This document shows positions 49,100-63,193 of a DNA stretch of 64,000 bases, piece by piece. Source of the DNA: Narcine bancroftii (lineage: Eukaryota); assembly GCF_036971445.1 (NCBI RefSeq), contig NC_091473.1:195424001-195488000 (forward strand), given 5' to 3'. Within the stretch, counting starts at the first letter, position 1, and the number at the start of each line of letters is the position of its first letter. The notes under the pieces are model-generated. The model ran no database searches. It was not told where the DNA came from and saw only the letters and a list, made by a program, of their open reading frames with translations. The translations under genes were made by a program, and so were the position numbers.

Positions 49100-50110
49100 T
49101 TCAAATTTACCGACAGAGAACATACATGACATCACATACATTCCCGAGACTCTTTTTCCTGTGAGCCAGTCAGAATTGCCACTTCTAGTCAAGTTTAATA
49201 TCATCTGATTGTAAAGTCCAACCTGATGAAACCGCGTTCTCCAGTCCTCGGTGCAAAACATGAAAATGACCACTTATTGGTCATGCAAAAAAAAACACAA
49301 CGTACACATGTAAACAAACTGTGCAACAGAGAGGGAAAATCAATAAAGTGCACACGACAGAGTCCTTAAATGAGTCCCTGATTGAGTTTGTTGTTGAGGA
49401 GTCTGATGGTGGAGGGGGAGCAGCTGTTCCTGAACCTGGTGGTGCGAGTCTTGTGGCACCGAGACCTCTTTCCTGATGGCAGCAGCAAGAACAGAATGTT
49501 TACTGGGTTGTGTGGGTCCTTGATGATTGCCGCTGCTCTCTGATGGCAGCATTCCCTGTAGATGTTCTCAATGGTGGGGAGGGTATTACTAGGGATGTCC
49601 TGGGCTCCATCCACTATCTTTTGCAATATCAAGGCTAAGGCGGGTGATCCAGGGGACCAGAGATGGGAAGCCACCACAGGCAGGTGGGGCCAAATGGGCG
49701 TGAGCCCTGCTCTGGAAACCTTCCTGGGGGAATTCCAAGTCATGGCAGAAGAGATGGGATGAGGGAGAGCAGTGTCTGTGACATTTTTTGTTGTCCTGAG
49801 CGTTGGCTCCTCCTTACCAGGCAGTGATGCAACCAGCCAGGATGTTCTCCACGGTCCACCTGCAGAAGTTTACGAGAGTCTTCGGTTACATACCGAATCC
49901 CCTCAAACACCTTACAAAGCGTAGCCACTGGCAAGCCTTCTTTGCGATTGCGTCGAAGTGGAGGCCCCAGGACTGATCCTCGGAGATACTGACACCCAGG
50001 AATTTGACGTTCTTAACCCTCTCCACTGCTGGGCCCTCAATGAGGACTGGGCCGTGTTCTCCTGGTTGCCCTCTCCTGAAGTCCACCATCATCTCCTTGG
50101 TTCCTCTTCG
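49100..50110 (-). mobile_element. Rex1/Babar fragments
   Basis: TKEMMVDFRR, VERVKNVKFLGVSISED, RTTRFRNSCSPSTIRLLN. Confidence 0.82.
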
Positions 50111-50169
50111 CCTCCTCACATCTTCCTCTGTCAGCTTTCCCTTCTTCTTTCTTCAGAGTCTGGAGTCTG

Positions 50170-51285
50170 GTAATTGGGCAACATTGAACACAAGCCCTTT
50201 CATTCTCAAGGTTGTGCCACTCTATATATTCCTAACCCTCCCCACCATTAAAATTCAGCCCTCCATAACCTCGTAATCCTCTTTTCTTTCATCCATGTGT
50301 CTAAGGGTCTCTTAAATGCCCATATTGTACCAGCCTTCACCACCTCCCCCGGCAAGGCATTTCAGACACCTCCTCCCTTCACTTTGTAGATTCCTCTGAT
50401 GTTAGATACTCCCGCCCTGGGGAAACGGTGCTGCCCGTCCACCCTGTCTATGTCTCTCAGAATCTTGTAGACTTCTATCAAGTCTCCTCTCATCCTTCTT
50501 CGCTCCAAAAAGTCCCAGCTCTGCTAAACCTGCCTCCTAAGACTTGTTCCCCAACCCAGTCAAGATCCTGGTAAATCTCCTCTGCCCCCTCTCCACAGTG
50601 TCCACGTCCTTCCTCTACTGAATACATTATTCCGGGTCGGGATATGAATTACACCCCTACCTGGTTCTCTGCACATGTTCTAGATGCAGTGGGCTGAGAG
50701 CAAACAAGGCCTGGGGTGGGGATCCGGCAGGACGGGCAGAATTATTGGGGAGAAATGCTCAGTCAGCATCGATGAGGATTGATGAAGACTCGATAAAGGA
50801 TCCTGACCTGGGTCCTCAAGGTTCTACTTTATGCACATCAGAAATAGGAACAGGAGTCGGCCATCTAGCCTGTCGAGATCATGGCTGATCTGATGATGGG
50901 CTCATCTCCACCTACCTGCTTTTTCCCTATATGCCTTAATACCCCAACTATATAAAAATCTATCTAAACTTGCCTTCAATATATTTACTGAAATCGCCTC
51001 AACTGCTTCAATGGGCAGTGAATTCCACAGATTCATCACCCTCTGAGAAAAGCAGTTCCTCCTCATCTACGTCCTAAATCTACTCCCCTAAATCTTGAAG
51101 CCCTGTCTTAATCACCAATGGAAACACCTTACCTACCTCAATCTTATCAATGCGTTTCATAATTTTATATGTTTCTATAAGATCTCCTCTCATTCTTCTA
51201 AATTTCAGCGAGTACAGTCCCAGATGACTCTTCATAGGCCAACCCCTTGTTCCTGGAATCAACCTGGTTGAATCTCCTCTGGGCA
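50170..51285 (-). mobile_element. CR1 3' fragments
   Basis: LGLYSLKFRRMRGDLIETYKI and the CR1 3'UTR. Confidence 0.75.
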
Positions 51286-51471
51286 GCAGGAATCCAGCAT
51301 TTGTAGTTTTCAGTGTTTCTCTGTGTTATACACATAACCCGATGTGACAAACAAGGGCAGGAGCAGTCATAGCCAGAAAAGCACTCACCTAACTTCCCAT
51401 GCAGGGGACTGTGACATTGAAACACAAATTCAAGTTAATTTCAAGTGGAGATCTTGCTAAAACTTCAATTG

Positions 51472-51816
51472 CTGTATATACACATGTAATAATCAATCCT
51501 GTGTAAAAGTCACCCCCCAACTATTTTTGCCCAGGCTGCCTGCCCATCCAAGCTCCTGATGTCCTGGCCGCGAACTCTCACCCCAGCCGCCCATTTACCG
51601 GAGCTCCTGATGCCCTGACTGCGGACCCTCGCCTAGGCCACCAGCCCATTCAAGTTCCCAACATTCCGATCATGGATTCCGGATCTGGCCATCCGAGCTC
51701 CTGATGCCTTGAATAACGCAGGTACAAAAGTATGATCCATTTAAAAGTCAATCCCCACCCCCAATTTTGACCTGAAAAATTGGTCCAAAAAACTCACTGA
51801 TTATGAGTTTATACGG
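51472..51816. mobile_element. Tc1/mariner (Tc2/pogo-like) MITE
   Basis: Degenerate TIRs CTGTATATAC... / ...GTTTATACGG, with TA at the right flank and internal repeated GAGCTCCTGATG units. Confidence 0.5.
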
Positions 51817-52221
51817 TAGCTTCACCGTGGTGATTCACCCGGGCTCCTATGACAGCGCCTCCTGAACCGTCCGCTCCACCCTTCAACAGCAGCAGGAGTA
51901 GGGGAACACTGGCCCTTAGTCACAGCAGAGCCCTCCTTGGAAAGGTAAAAATACACAATAAATGCTGGAGGAACTCAGCCGGTCTTGCAGTATCCACAGG
52001 AGGTACCAATGTTTTGAGCCCGAGTCCTTCCTCAAGGAATAACAAATAGCAGGCAGGTGTCTGAATAAAGACTGGGGAGAGAAAGAGGGGGAGATTGGGA
52101 AGGGGAGGGGTTCAGACCAACAAACAGTGTGAATTGGAGATGGTAAGAGGAAAGGTGAGAATTGATTTTGGCTCTGTGAAAGGAGACAGGGGAAAAAGGG
52201 GGGTGAGAGAGAGAGCATGAA

Positions 52222-55200
52222 GAGGAGTCACGTGATGGAGTAGTGGCCGGTCGGGGAACTCCAACCCTCTCCAGAAAAGTTTAAAAAAAACAGAGAAAAA
52301 GCAAAGGCACAAACACGAAAATTAAAATAAAGTGAAAGTAAAGGTGGGAATAAAATGGCAACGAAGAAAGAAAAGTCGAAAGCAACGGGAAGAAGAGAAG
52401 AAGAAAAGACATCGGAAGAAGAAGGTGAAGGCCTTACCTGTCCGAGGAGGCCCACTGTGGAGAGAGAAGCCTGCTCCCTCAGGTCAGTCGAAGTCCCGAG
52501 CTCGGGACTACAAAAATGGCTCGCGGAGCCAAGAAAAAGTGCGCAACCATGCATGTGCAAGGAGTCGTGCATGCGCGATGCGCAAGACAAAAAAAAACAC
52601 TGACAGGAGGGGGGACCAGCTGAGGAGTCGATCTCCACAGCTGAGAATGACAGCCACAGCACAACAACAAGAGGAAAACACAGAAAATAACGAGAATAAC
52701 GAGAGAAAGAAAGAAGAGAGTAAAAGGAAATCAAAGAAACAACAGATGACCAACCCAGAGGAAGAAGAAGAGGAAGAACACAGAGAAAGTGAAGAAGAAG
52801 GGAAAGGCAAGTACATGGATATTTTTTTTTTAAAGAATATATGGAATCAATAAAAGAATGGCAATCACAAGAATTTAGTGAAATAAAAAGAACAATAAAA
52901 AGTACAGAAGAAAAAATGAATAGATTAGAGATGGTCATGTCAGATATAGGAAAAAGAGTGGACAAGGTGGAAGAACGAGAAACAGCCATAGAAATGGAAG
53001 TAGATGACTTAAAAAAGAAATTAGAAGAATCTAATAAAAAAGTTAAAGAGACACAAGAGCTGTTAGCTCAGAAGATAGATATAATGGAAAATTATAATAG
53101 AAGAAATAATATAAAGATAGTGGGCCTTAAGGAAGATGAAGAAGGCAAGAATATGAGAGAATTTATAAAAGATTGGATCCCCAGGGTCCTAGGAAGACCA
53201 GAATTACAGGAAGAAATGGAAATAGAGAGGGCACACAGAACATTAGCCCCTAAACCACAACCACAACAAAAACCAAGATCCATTTCAGTAAAATTCCTAA
53301 GATATACAACAAGAGAAAATATATTGGAGAAAGCAATGAAGAAAATAAGAGAAGACAAAAAGCCACTGGAATACAAAGGTCAAAAAATTTTTTTCTATCC
53401 AGATATAAGTTTTGAACTCCTGAAGAAGAGGAAGGAGTTTAATACAGCAAAAGCGATCCTATGAAAAAAAAGATATAAATTTATGCTGAAGTACCCAGTG
53501 GTACTTAAAATAGTTATTCTAGGGTAGCAAAACAGACTATTCTCGGATCCGGAGGAAGCACGAAAATTTGCAGAACAACTACAAAACAGACAGAGAGATG
53601 AAGACATGTAACGAGAGCAANNNNNNNNNNNNNNNNNNNNNNNNNNNNNNNNNNNNNNNNNNNNNNNNNNNNNNNNNNNNNNNNNNNNNNNNNNNNNNNN
53701 NNNNNNNNNNNNNNNNNNNNNNNNNNNNNNNNNNNNNNNNNNNNNNNNNNNNNNNNNNNATATAGAGTTTAGATAAGAATTAATTAGGGAAAGAAAGGGA
53801 AGAAAGGAAGTAAGGACCTTTGTTGTAAATTAAAATTAAAATTTTTTCTGGGGGGGGCTGGGTGGGGAGGAGTTATGGTCACTGCGAAATCAGTTGACGC
53901 TTGCGAGTGAATTCGCAAATCCAAATGGAGAGGGGAGATGTGGTTGCCCAACAAGGGATAAAGGGCAACTCAGGAAAAGGAGGGGATAGTGGAATTAAAG
54001 AAATTTTAGATAGGAGAATAAGGGAAATGTTTGATGTTTTAGAAATGTTGTCTTATAAAGTGTTCAAAACAAGAAAGCAGAAATGGATAAGAAGGAAAGG
54101 TGATGATGAGGAAACGGAAAGGAAAGATAAACAAAGTATGAAATGCCTATGTTGAACTATATGACTTTAAATATTAACGGAATACATAACCAAATCAAAA
54201 GGAAGAAACTGCTAAATTTACTGAAAAAAGAAAAAATTGATATAGCATTCTTGCAAGAAACACACTTAACTGAAGTGGAGCACAAGAAATTAAAGAGAGA
54301 TTGGATAGGACATGTAACAGCAGCGTCATATAATTCCAAGGCTAGAGGAGTAGCTATATTAATCAGTAAAAATGTACCAATTAAAATAGAAGAAGAAATA
54401 ATAGATCCACAGGGAGATATGTAATGATAAAATGTCAGATATATTCGGAGTTTTGGAATTGACTCAATGTATATTCACCTAACGAAGAAGATCAAAAATT
54501 TATGCAAGATATTTTTTTGAAGATAGCAGACACGCAAGGGAACATACTAATAGGAGGGGATTTCAACCTTAATTTGGATTCAAACATAGATAAAACTGGG
54601 AAAAAAATTAACAGAAAGAACAAAGTAACCAAATTTATAATTAAATCGATGCAAGAAATGCAACTTTTGGATATAGGGAGGAAACAACACCCAAAGGAAA
54701 AGGAATATTCATATTATTCGGGTAGACATAAAACATACTCAAGAATAGACCTATTCCTGTTATCAGCTCGTATGCAAGATAGAGTAAGAAAAACAGAATA
54801 TAAAGCTAGAATATTATCGGACCATTCACCCCTGATATTGACAATAGAGTTAGAGGACATCCCTCCAAGAATGTATAGATGGAGATTAAACTCCATGCTA
54901 CTTAAAAGGCAGGATTTTAGAGAATTAATTGAACGACAAATTAAAATGTACTTTGAAATAAATACGGAATCAGTGAAAGATAAGTTTATACTATGGGACG
55001 CAATGAAAGCATTCATCAGAGGGCAAATAATAAGTTATGTAACCAAGATGAAGAAGGACTACAATCAGGAATCAGAGCAGTTGGAAAGGGAAATAGCAAA
55101 TATAGAAAAAGAATTAGCAATAAAGGAAGATACAACTAAAAGAAGAGAATTGGCAGTTAAAAAAATAAAATTTGAAACACTACAAACATATAAGGTGGAG

Positions 55201-58179
55201 AAGAACATAATGAAGACAAAACAGAAATATTATGTACTAGGAGAAAAAACGCACAAAGTTCTAGCGTGCCAGCTTAAGACAGAACAAACTAAGAGAATGG
55301 TATTGGCATCAAGGAAAAAAAACAAACAAATCACATATAATCCAACGGAGATCAATGAAAACTTCAGAGAATTCTACGAACAATTATACCAAACTGAAAA
55401 CGAAGGGAAAGAAGACAAAATAGATGAATTTTTAACTAAAATTGAACTACCAAAATTACAAACAGAGGAACAAAATAAATTAACAGAACCATTTGAAATA
55501 GAAATACAAGAGATAATAAAAAAACTACCAAATAATAAAACACCAGGAGAGGATGGATTCCCAATAGAATTCTATGAAACATTTAAAGATTTATTAATTC
55601 CTCCCCTCCTGGAAGTAATCAACCAGATTGATAAAACACAAAGCTTACCAGATTCATGCAAAACAGCAATAATTACAGTAATACCAAAGACAGGGAAAGA
55701 TCCACTCGCACCAGCGTCATATAGACCAATATCTTTACTTAACACAGATTACAAGATAATAGCTAAACTATTAGCAAACAGATTGGCCGACTATGTACCA
55801 AAAATAGTGAATCTAGATCAAACTGGATTTATTAAAAAAAGACAAACAACAGACAATATTTGTAAATTGATTAATTTAATTCATGCAGTAGAAGGGAATA
55901 AAGCTCCAACAGTAGCAGGTGCTTTTGACACAGAGAAGGCCTTTGACAGAGTAGAATGGAATTATTTATTCAAAGTATTACAAAAATTCAGTTTACCAGA
56001 GAAGTATATTAATTGGATTAAAGCATTATATAAGGGGCCATTGGCGAAAGTGACAGTAAATGGATATATATCAAAGCAATTTAACTTAAGCAGATCAACA
56101 AGGCAGGGATGCCCCTTATTGTTCGCGTTAGCTATAGAACCACTAGCAGAATTGATAAGAACAGAAAATAAAATTAAAGGGATAAAAATAAAAGACAAGG
56201 AATATAAAATCAGTTTATTTGCAGATGACGTTATAGTATACTTAACAGAACCTGAATTATCAATAAAAGAATTACATAAGAAATTGAAGGAATATGGAGA
56301 AGTGTCGGTTTACAAGATTAACGCAAATAAAAGTGAAGCAATGCCAATGAATAATGCAGATTTCTCAAAATTTAAGAAAGAATCACCATTTAGATGGCAA
56401 ATGCAAGCAATACGATACCTAGGCATACAAATAAATAAAAACCTCGGCCATCTATATAAACTCAATTATTATTCACTAATGAAAAAATTACAGATGACTT
56501 AGAGCATTGGAAAGACTTACCACTAACACTAATAGGAAGGATAAACTGTATTAAAATGAACATTTTCCCAAGGATACAATACCTATTTCAGGCATTGCCA
56601 ATACACTTGACGGAGAAATTCTTCAAGGAGTTAAAGAAAATAATAAGGAAATTTTTATGGAAAGGGGGAAACCGAGGATAGCACTAGATAAATTAACAGA
56701 ATGGTATAAACATGGAGGCTTACAACTGCCAAACTTTAAAAATTATTATAGAGCCGCACAATTAAGATACCTATCAGATTTTTATCAACAAGGGAAAAGC
56801 CAGATTGGACTAGATTAGAACTAGATAAAATAGGGGAGAAGATACCCAAACATATATTATATAAATGGGATGAAAAATTGGTACAACTTAGGAATTCTCC
56901 AGTATTACATCATCTGCTCAATATTTGGAAGAAGATTCATGTAGAAAGGAATAAAACAAATTACCAATTACCAAAACTATTACTGACGCAAAATCAGTTA
57001 ATCCCTTTTACAATAGATCACCTTTCCTTTCGAGAATGGGAGAAAAAAGGAATCAAAAGAATAGAAAATTGCTTTTCGGGAAATAAATTATTATCCTTTG
57101 AACAAATGAAGGATAAATATAATATAACTCATGATACAGTGTTGGCATACTACCAACTGAAATCCTACTTGAAGGACAAATTGGGAAGCAGTCTGAGGTT
57201 ACCAGAGGGAAGTAATTTTGAATATGTGATTACAGACACAATGATAATCAAAAAATTTATAACAAACATGTATATTAAACTACAAGAAAAGGAGAATGAG
57301 GAAACAAATGGTAAAACTAAACAAAATTGGGAACAACATCTAAACATAAAGATAAAGAAGGAAACATGGGAGAAGTTATGCTCAGGAACTTTGAGAAATA
57401 CAATAAATACGAGGTTACGTATGATACAATATAACTGGATACACAGGCTATACATTACACCTCAAAAGTTAAATAAATGGGACCCAACACTATCTGATAG
57501 ATGTTTTCGATGTAAAAAAGAAATGGGAACAACAATTCATGCAATCTGGACATGTGAGAAAGTGAAAACATTTTGGGAAGATCTAAACCAGATATTAAAT
57601 AAAATCACAAAAAGCAATATACCAAAAAACCCAGAGATCTTCCTCCTAAGTAACATAAAAAACAAAGAATTTGGACTTGATTTGGATGGTGCACAAAAAA
57701 GATTTGTTATGATAGCCCTAGCTGTAGCAAAAAAATGTATTATGTCAACCTGGAAATTTGAAGATAACTTGAGAATACAACAATGCTATATAGAAATGAA
57801 TAAATGTATTCCATTCGAAAAAATAACATATAATTTAAGAAATAATACTACAATATTTGAACAAATATGGGAGCCATACATGAAACACAATAGAGAAAAC
57901 CTACCGGGGACATCTACCACCTAAAATGACAGAAGGAGAAGAGAATGAAAAGAACTGACTCAGTGGAATTTCTTGTTTATTTTTATTGAGTGACAACATT
58001 GTTTGACGGGTTTAATGTATCTTATATTCTGAACTTTAAATGAATGGGAGGGGAGGTAGGGAGGGAGGGAGGGGAGGAGGAAGGGGGGAGAAAACGACAC
58101 TGTATATATTTGAAAAGGAAAATGTATGTATCTTGATCAATATGGTTTATAGTGTGAAAAATAAAAAAAATTTAAAAAA
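52222..58179 (+). mobile_element. Full-length L1 copy 2 (~5.96 kb) with a 16-bp TSD, inactivated
   Basis: TSD AGAGAGAGAGCATGAA at 52206-52221 and 58180-58195. 5' end GAGGAGTCACGTGA. ORF1 body at 52841-~53610. ORF2 at ~54149-57924 (EN, RT, CCHC) with frameshifts and stops. AATAAA and A-rich tail. Confidence 0.96.
53621..53759. other. Assembly gap (N run)
   Basis: Run of N at the position where L1 copy 1 has its (TA)n/(TG)n microsatellite. Confidence 0.99.
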
Positions 58180-58239
58180 AGAGAGAGAGCATGAACTGGG
58201 GGTAAAGGGGGAAGGTGTTTAAGTCTATGTTTTTGCCAT

Positions 58240-59240
58240 CCAGTTGGATGGAAAGTATTCTGCCTGGATATCGGTGACTAGTGGAGTGCTTCAAGGATCT
58301 GTTCTGGGACCCCTGGTCCTTGATTTTTACTAAATGACCTGAATGAAGAGGCAGAGGATGGGTCAGTAAGTTTACAAATGACACAAAGTTTGGAGGAGCT
58401 GAAGGTTGTTGAAGGTTACAAGGGGATATAGACAGAATGCAGAGTTGGGCAGAGAAATGCCAGATGGGAGTTCAATCTGGATGTGTGAGGTGATGCATTT
58501 TGGAAGGACAAACCAGAAGGTTGAGTATGGAGTTAATGGTCGGTTACTTGACTGTGGATGAACAGAAGAACCTTGGAGTTCAAATCCATACATCCCTCAA
58601 GGTCACCTCACAGGTTGATAGGATAGTTGAGAAGGCTGATGGGTCGCTAGGATTCATTAATAGGGGGATTGAATTCAGGAGTAGAGAGGTCATGTTGCAA
58701 CTCTACAAATCTCTGGTGAGGCCACACTTGGATTATTGTGTTCAGTTCTGGTCACCTCATTATAGGAAGGATGTGGAAGCTGTGGAGAGGGTGTAGAGGA
58801 GATTTACCAGGATGTTGCCTGGATTGGAAAATAAATCTTATGAGGCAAGGTTAGCAGAGCTGGGACTTTTCTCTGGAGTGAAGGATGAGAGGAGACTCTA
58901 CAAGATTCTGAGAGGCATTGTTAGGGTGGACAACCAGTGCCTGTTTCCCAGGGCAAGATCAGCAAACACCAGAGGACGTCTGTACAAAGTAGAGGAAGGG
59001 AAGTCAGGGGTAAGTATTTTTTTGTACACAGAAAGTTGTGGGGGCCTGGAATGCATTGCCGGGGATGGTGGTGAAAGCTGGAACATTGAGGGGATTTAAG
59101 AGACTCTTACACAGGCACATGGATGAAAGAAAAACAGAGAGTTATGGAGTAGGGAGGGTTTGGTACTTTTTTTTGGCAGGGAATATATGGGTTGGCACAA
59201 CATCAAGAGCCAAAGGGCCTGTATTGTGTGCTTCATTGTT
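58240..59240 (+). mobile_element. CR1 fragment
   Basis: TSGVLQGSVLG, LYKSLVRPHLDYCVQFWSPHYRKDV. Confidence 0.87.
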
Positions 59241-59480
59241 CTATGAGGTACGTGTGGGTGGTCTCAGTCCAACAGGGCATGTGACCATGGACAGACATGT
59301 CAGCAAGGGAATGGGACGAGGAATTGAAATGTGTGGCCACTGGAGATCCACACTATTGTGGCAGACAGAGCCGAGGTTCTCAATGAAGTGACTTCCCAGT
59401 CTCTCCGACGTAGAGGAGATCACAACGGGAGCACCGGATGTAGTAAGCGACTCCCGCAGATTTGCAAGCGGAGCGCCGCC
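59240..59480 (-). mobile_element. Penelope-like fragment
   Basis: Similar to the GIY-YIG region at 42120-42300 (YVGETGKSLH...HFNSSSHSLADMS). Confidence 0.6.
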
Positions 59481-59549
59481 TTGGAAATGTCAGTTGTTCC
59501 TCCTTCATAGATACACACTGTGGCAGCACATGTTCAACAGTGGATCAGA

Positions 59550-60750
59550 GTCGGAATCAGAATTTATTATCATGAACATGTCATAAAATTTGTGGTTTTG
59601 TAGCAGCGTCACAGAGCAAACATTTATATAAACCACCATACAAAATAAATCAAAATAGTGCAAGAAAACGCGAAAGTGAGGCAGTGTCTGTGGTTCATTG
59701 TCCATTCAGGAATCTGTTGGCGGAGGGGAAGAAGCTGGGTGCTCGTCTTCAGGCTCCTCTACCTTTTCCCCAATGGTGGCAGAGTGAAGAGGGCATGGTC
59801 TGGGTGGTGGGTGAGGATAGAGGCTGCTTTTTTAAGACACCGCCTCATGTAGATGTCCTCGATGGAGTGGTCGATTGCCTGTGATGTCGCAGGCCAAGTT
59901 AACAACCCTTTAGACCTGAGCCTTGGCACCTCCATACCAGACAGTGATTAACAAGAGAGTTTTCGGTGACCTTCTGAATCTCCTCAAACACCTCACAAAA
60001 TATAGCTGCTGGGGAGCCTTTTTCATGATTGCATCAATGTTCAGGCCCCAGGACAGATTCTTGGAGATGTTGGCACCCAGGAATTTGAAGTTCTTGACCC
60101 TCTCCACTACTGGGCCCTCCAAGTCTTCACTGAGTCATGTTCTCCTGACTTCCTCCTCATTTCCCAATCATCTCCTTGGTTTTGCTAACGTTGAGTGCAA
60201 TGTGTTGGTTTGACACCACTCAATCAGCTGATCTACCTCCCTCCTGTCTGCTTCCTCATTGCTATTTGTGATTCTGCCAACCATGATGTCATCAGCAAAC
60301 TTGTAGATGGCAATGGAATTGTGCCTGATCACACAGTCATGAGTGTATAATGAGTAGAGCAGTGGGCTAAGCACATATCCTTGGGGTGCACCTGTGTTGA
60401 TGATCAATGAGGAGGAAAAGTTGTTTCCAATTTGTATTGACTGTGGCCTTCCAATGAAAAAGTCAAGAATCCAATTGCAGAGGGGGGTGCAGAGGCCCAG
60501 GGTTTGGAGCTTATTGGCCAGCACTGAGGGAATAACGGTGTTGCTGTAGTCTATGAAGAGCAGCCATATGTAAGAAATAGTTTTTGAGCTGGTCCAGAGC
60601 TGATTGGAGAGCCAGCAAAATCGCATCGTCCAAGCAAAGGTCCAGACCTTTGCTTAATTCAGGCCATGACCAGCCTCTCAAAACATTTCATGATAGTAGA
60701 AGTTAGTGCTACTGGGCGGTAGTCGTTGAAGAGTTTCTTGGGTACCGGGA
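59550..60750 (-). mobile_element. Rex1/Babar LINE fragment
   Basis: [53 protein letters not shown]. Confidence 0.87.
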
Positions 60751-61179
60751 TGATTGATTCCCTTTGCATCTGCTTCCACCATACACCACCCCTTCTGTCA
60801 ATCATCCTGCCTCATCTGCTTCCACCAATCACATACCAACCCTGTACCCACCTGTCCATCATCCCGCCCCATCTGCCTCCACCAATCACGTGGTTCCCCA
60901 GCTGTCCACCATCCCGCCTCCAGCTGCTTCCACCACGCACCACTCCTGTCCATCCTTCCGCCCCCACTTGCTTTCACCAATCACATGCCGCTCCGATGCC
61001 CTCCTGTCCATCATCCGACCCTATTTCCTTCCACCAAACATATGCCAACTCACTGTCCATCATCCCGACCCATCTGCCTCCACCAATCACCTTCCAGTCC
61101 CTGCCCCGTCCCACCTCCAACCCCCTCCACAATGGCGGCAGTTCACTTTCTCTCCCTTCACGCTCCCGGTTCCTGTGCA

Positions 61180-61620
61180 GACACCATGAGCACCCCTTTC
61201 CCTCCGCGGACGCTGCCCGACCTGCCGTGCCCCTCTTCTCCTCCGTGATCATCCCCTCCGAATGAAGAAAGACCCCGTTTCTCGTCGAGGAGACGAGACG
61301 CCATTGCTAAGGCACATGCGCACTGAACAGTCGTGCCGCCATGCGGGATAAACTCCAAGTCCCATCGGGCGTTGCGTTCACGCGTTGGGAAGGGCTCGCC
61401 CGGGAGCGGATGATTTATACCTGGTTCCGGGCACTGCAGAGGGCGAGTTCGGCGGAACGAGAACTGGATCCCGGGCTTTGAAGGAGAATTTCCCCGTCTG
61501 CTGGCCGCTCGGCCCTCTCCTCCTGTGTGAGCCCTTCCATTGTGTGCTGGGACCCACGTTGTCCGTGCAAGGCCGCAGCCGGTGCGTTTCAATCCGGGAC
61601 GGGCTCGATGCACGGGTATT
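61180..61620. promoter_or_regulatory. CpG island, candidate promoter of an unidentified gene
   Basis: Dense CpG. NRF1-like GCACATGCGCA at ~61312-61322. GCCGCCATG at ~61335-61343 (Kozak/YY1-like). Confidence 0.55.
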
Positions 61621-61935
61621 CCCAATAAGGGATAGGCTGGAACAAACAGAGATTAGAATCTTTTCTTATTATCCAGCAGCTCAGTCAATCTGCGGTAGGT
61701 TGCAAGATATTCGTGCAGACAAGAGGCCGAATGGCCTTGTGCGCCGTAGTCACGAGGTATGGGATCCAGGGAACCTTGGCTGAGTGCATTCAAAATGGGC
61801 TTGCCTGGAGAAAGCAGAGAGGAGTAGTGGACGGAAAGTTTTCTGTCTGGAGGTTGGTGACTAGTGGAGTTTCCCCCTGCTCTTTGTGGTTTTTATAAAT
61901 GTCCTTAACGAAGAGGCTGAAGGATGGGTCAGTAA

Positions 61936-62343
61936 AGCTCCTTTCACACTTGCCAGTGATCCCCAGGAATCAAAAGCCAATCGTCCTTTCAAGTGGCAAG
62001 TGTGAAAGCAAAATCTGCTCAACGCTGGCATCGGATGACATCATTTTACGCTGGGGATTGACGCCCTCGACCCCTAGATCAATCCCCGGCGTTTGCAGAT
62101 TATGGTGTTGAGATCGGTCAAGTGTGAAAAGGGCAATCGCTTCTCTCTTTTGCATGCTATGTCATGCAAGCACTTCTTATTAAAGGTAGAACAGACCAAA
62201 CGCCGGGGATAGACCCTTGCAAGTGTGAAAGCGTTCAGTGTCCCGATTAGGAGTGGTCTAGTGTGGAAAGGCCAAACCCCACCCCATTCCTATCCCAGGA
62301 TGCTGAATGGCCGATTTAGTGGGTTGCAAGTGTGAAAGGGGCT
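61936..62343. mobile_element. PIF/Harbinger-type MITE, 408 bp
   Basis: 18-bp TIRs AGCTCCTTTCACACTTGC / GCAAGTGTGAAAGGGGCT (17/18 match). TAA TSD at 61933-35 and 62344-46; removal restores the CR1 sequence GTCAGTAAGTTTGCAGATGAC. Confidence 0.88.
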
Positions 62344-62749
62344 TAAGTTTGCAGATGACACAAAAGTTGGAGGAGATGTGGATGGAGCTGAAGGTGGTTG
62401 AAGGTTACAAAAGGATATAGATAGGGTTAGGGTCGGTGCCAAGTGGGGGCATCCGTGCGCATTGCCCCCTCTCAAGTGAGGTGCTGTGTCCTCCCATATG
62501 GTCATGGCCTTCACTCGCCATCAGACCCACCCCCACCCCCTCCAGTGTCACTACCGAGCATCAAGCCTCACTAGCAGCTAATGACGCTTGAATCCATAAA
62601 AGCAGTGCCCTCGGCATCTACATTGTAGGGGCAAATGACGGTAACAACGCCCCCCCTCGCTGAGCGAGTCTATGAGCATTGCACTCTGGCCCCCCAACTC
62701 AGTAATGCCCCCCACTAACACGTTCTGGTGCTGATACTGGACGGGACTT

Positions 62750-63193
62750 CTTTGGCTTGGCTTTGTGGACGAAGATTTATGGAGGGGTATGTCCACATCT
62801 GCTGCAGGCTCGTTGGTGACTGACAAGTCCGATGCGGGACAGGCAGGCACGGTTGCAGTGATTGCAAGGGAAAATTGGTTGGTTGGGGTTGGGTGTTGGG
62901 TTTTTTTCCTTTGTCTTTTGTCAGTGAGGTGGGCTCTGCAGTCTTCTTCAAAGGAGGCTGCTGCCCGCCGAACTGTGAGGCCAAGATGCACGGTTGGAGG
63001 CAATATCAGCCCACTGGCGGTGGTCAATGTGGCAGGCACCAAGAGATTTCTTTAAGCAGTCCTTGTACCTCTTTGGTGCACCTCTGTCTCGGTGGCCAGT
63101 GGAGAGCCCGCCATATAACACAATCTTGGGAATGGGAAGGCGATGGTCCTCCATTCTGGAGACGTGACCCACCCAGCACAGTTGGGTCTTCTG
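62750..63193 (-). mobile_element. RTE 3' fragment with an 11-bp TSD
   Basis: Same family as 1293-2582 but more diverged. TSD GGACGGGACTT at 62739-62749 and 63194-63204. Confidence 0.88.
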
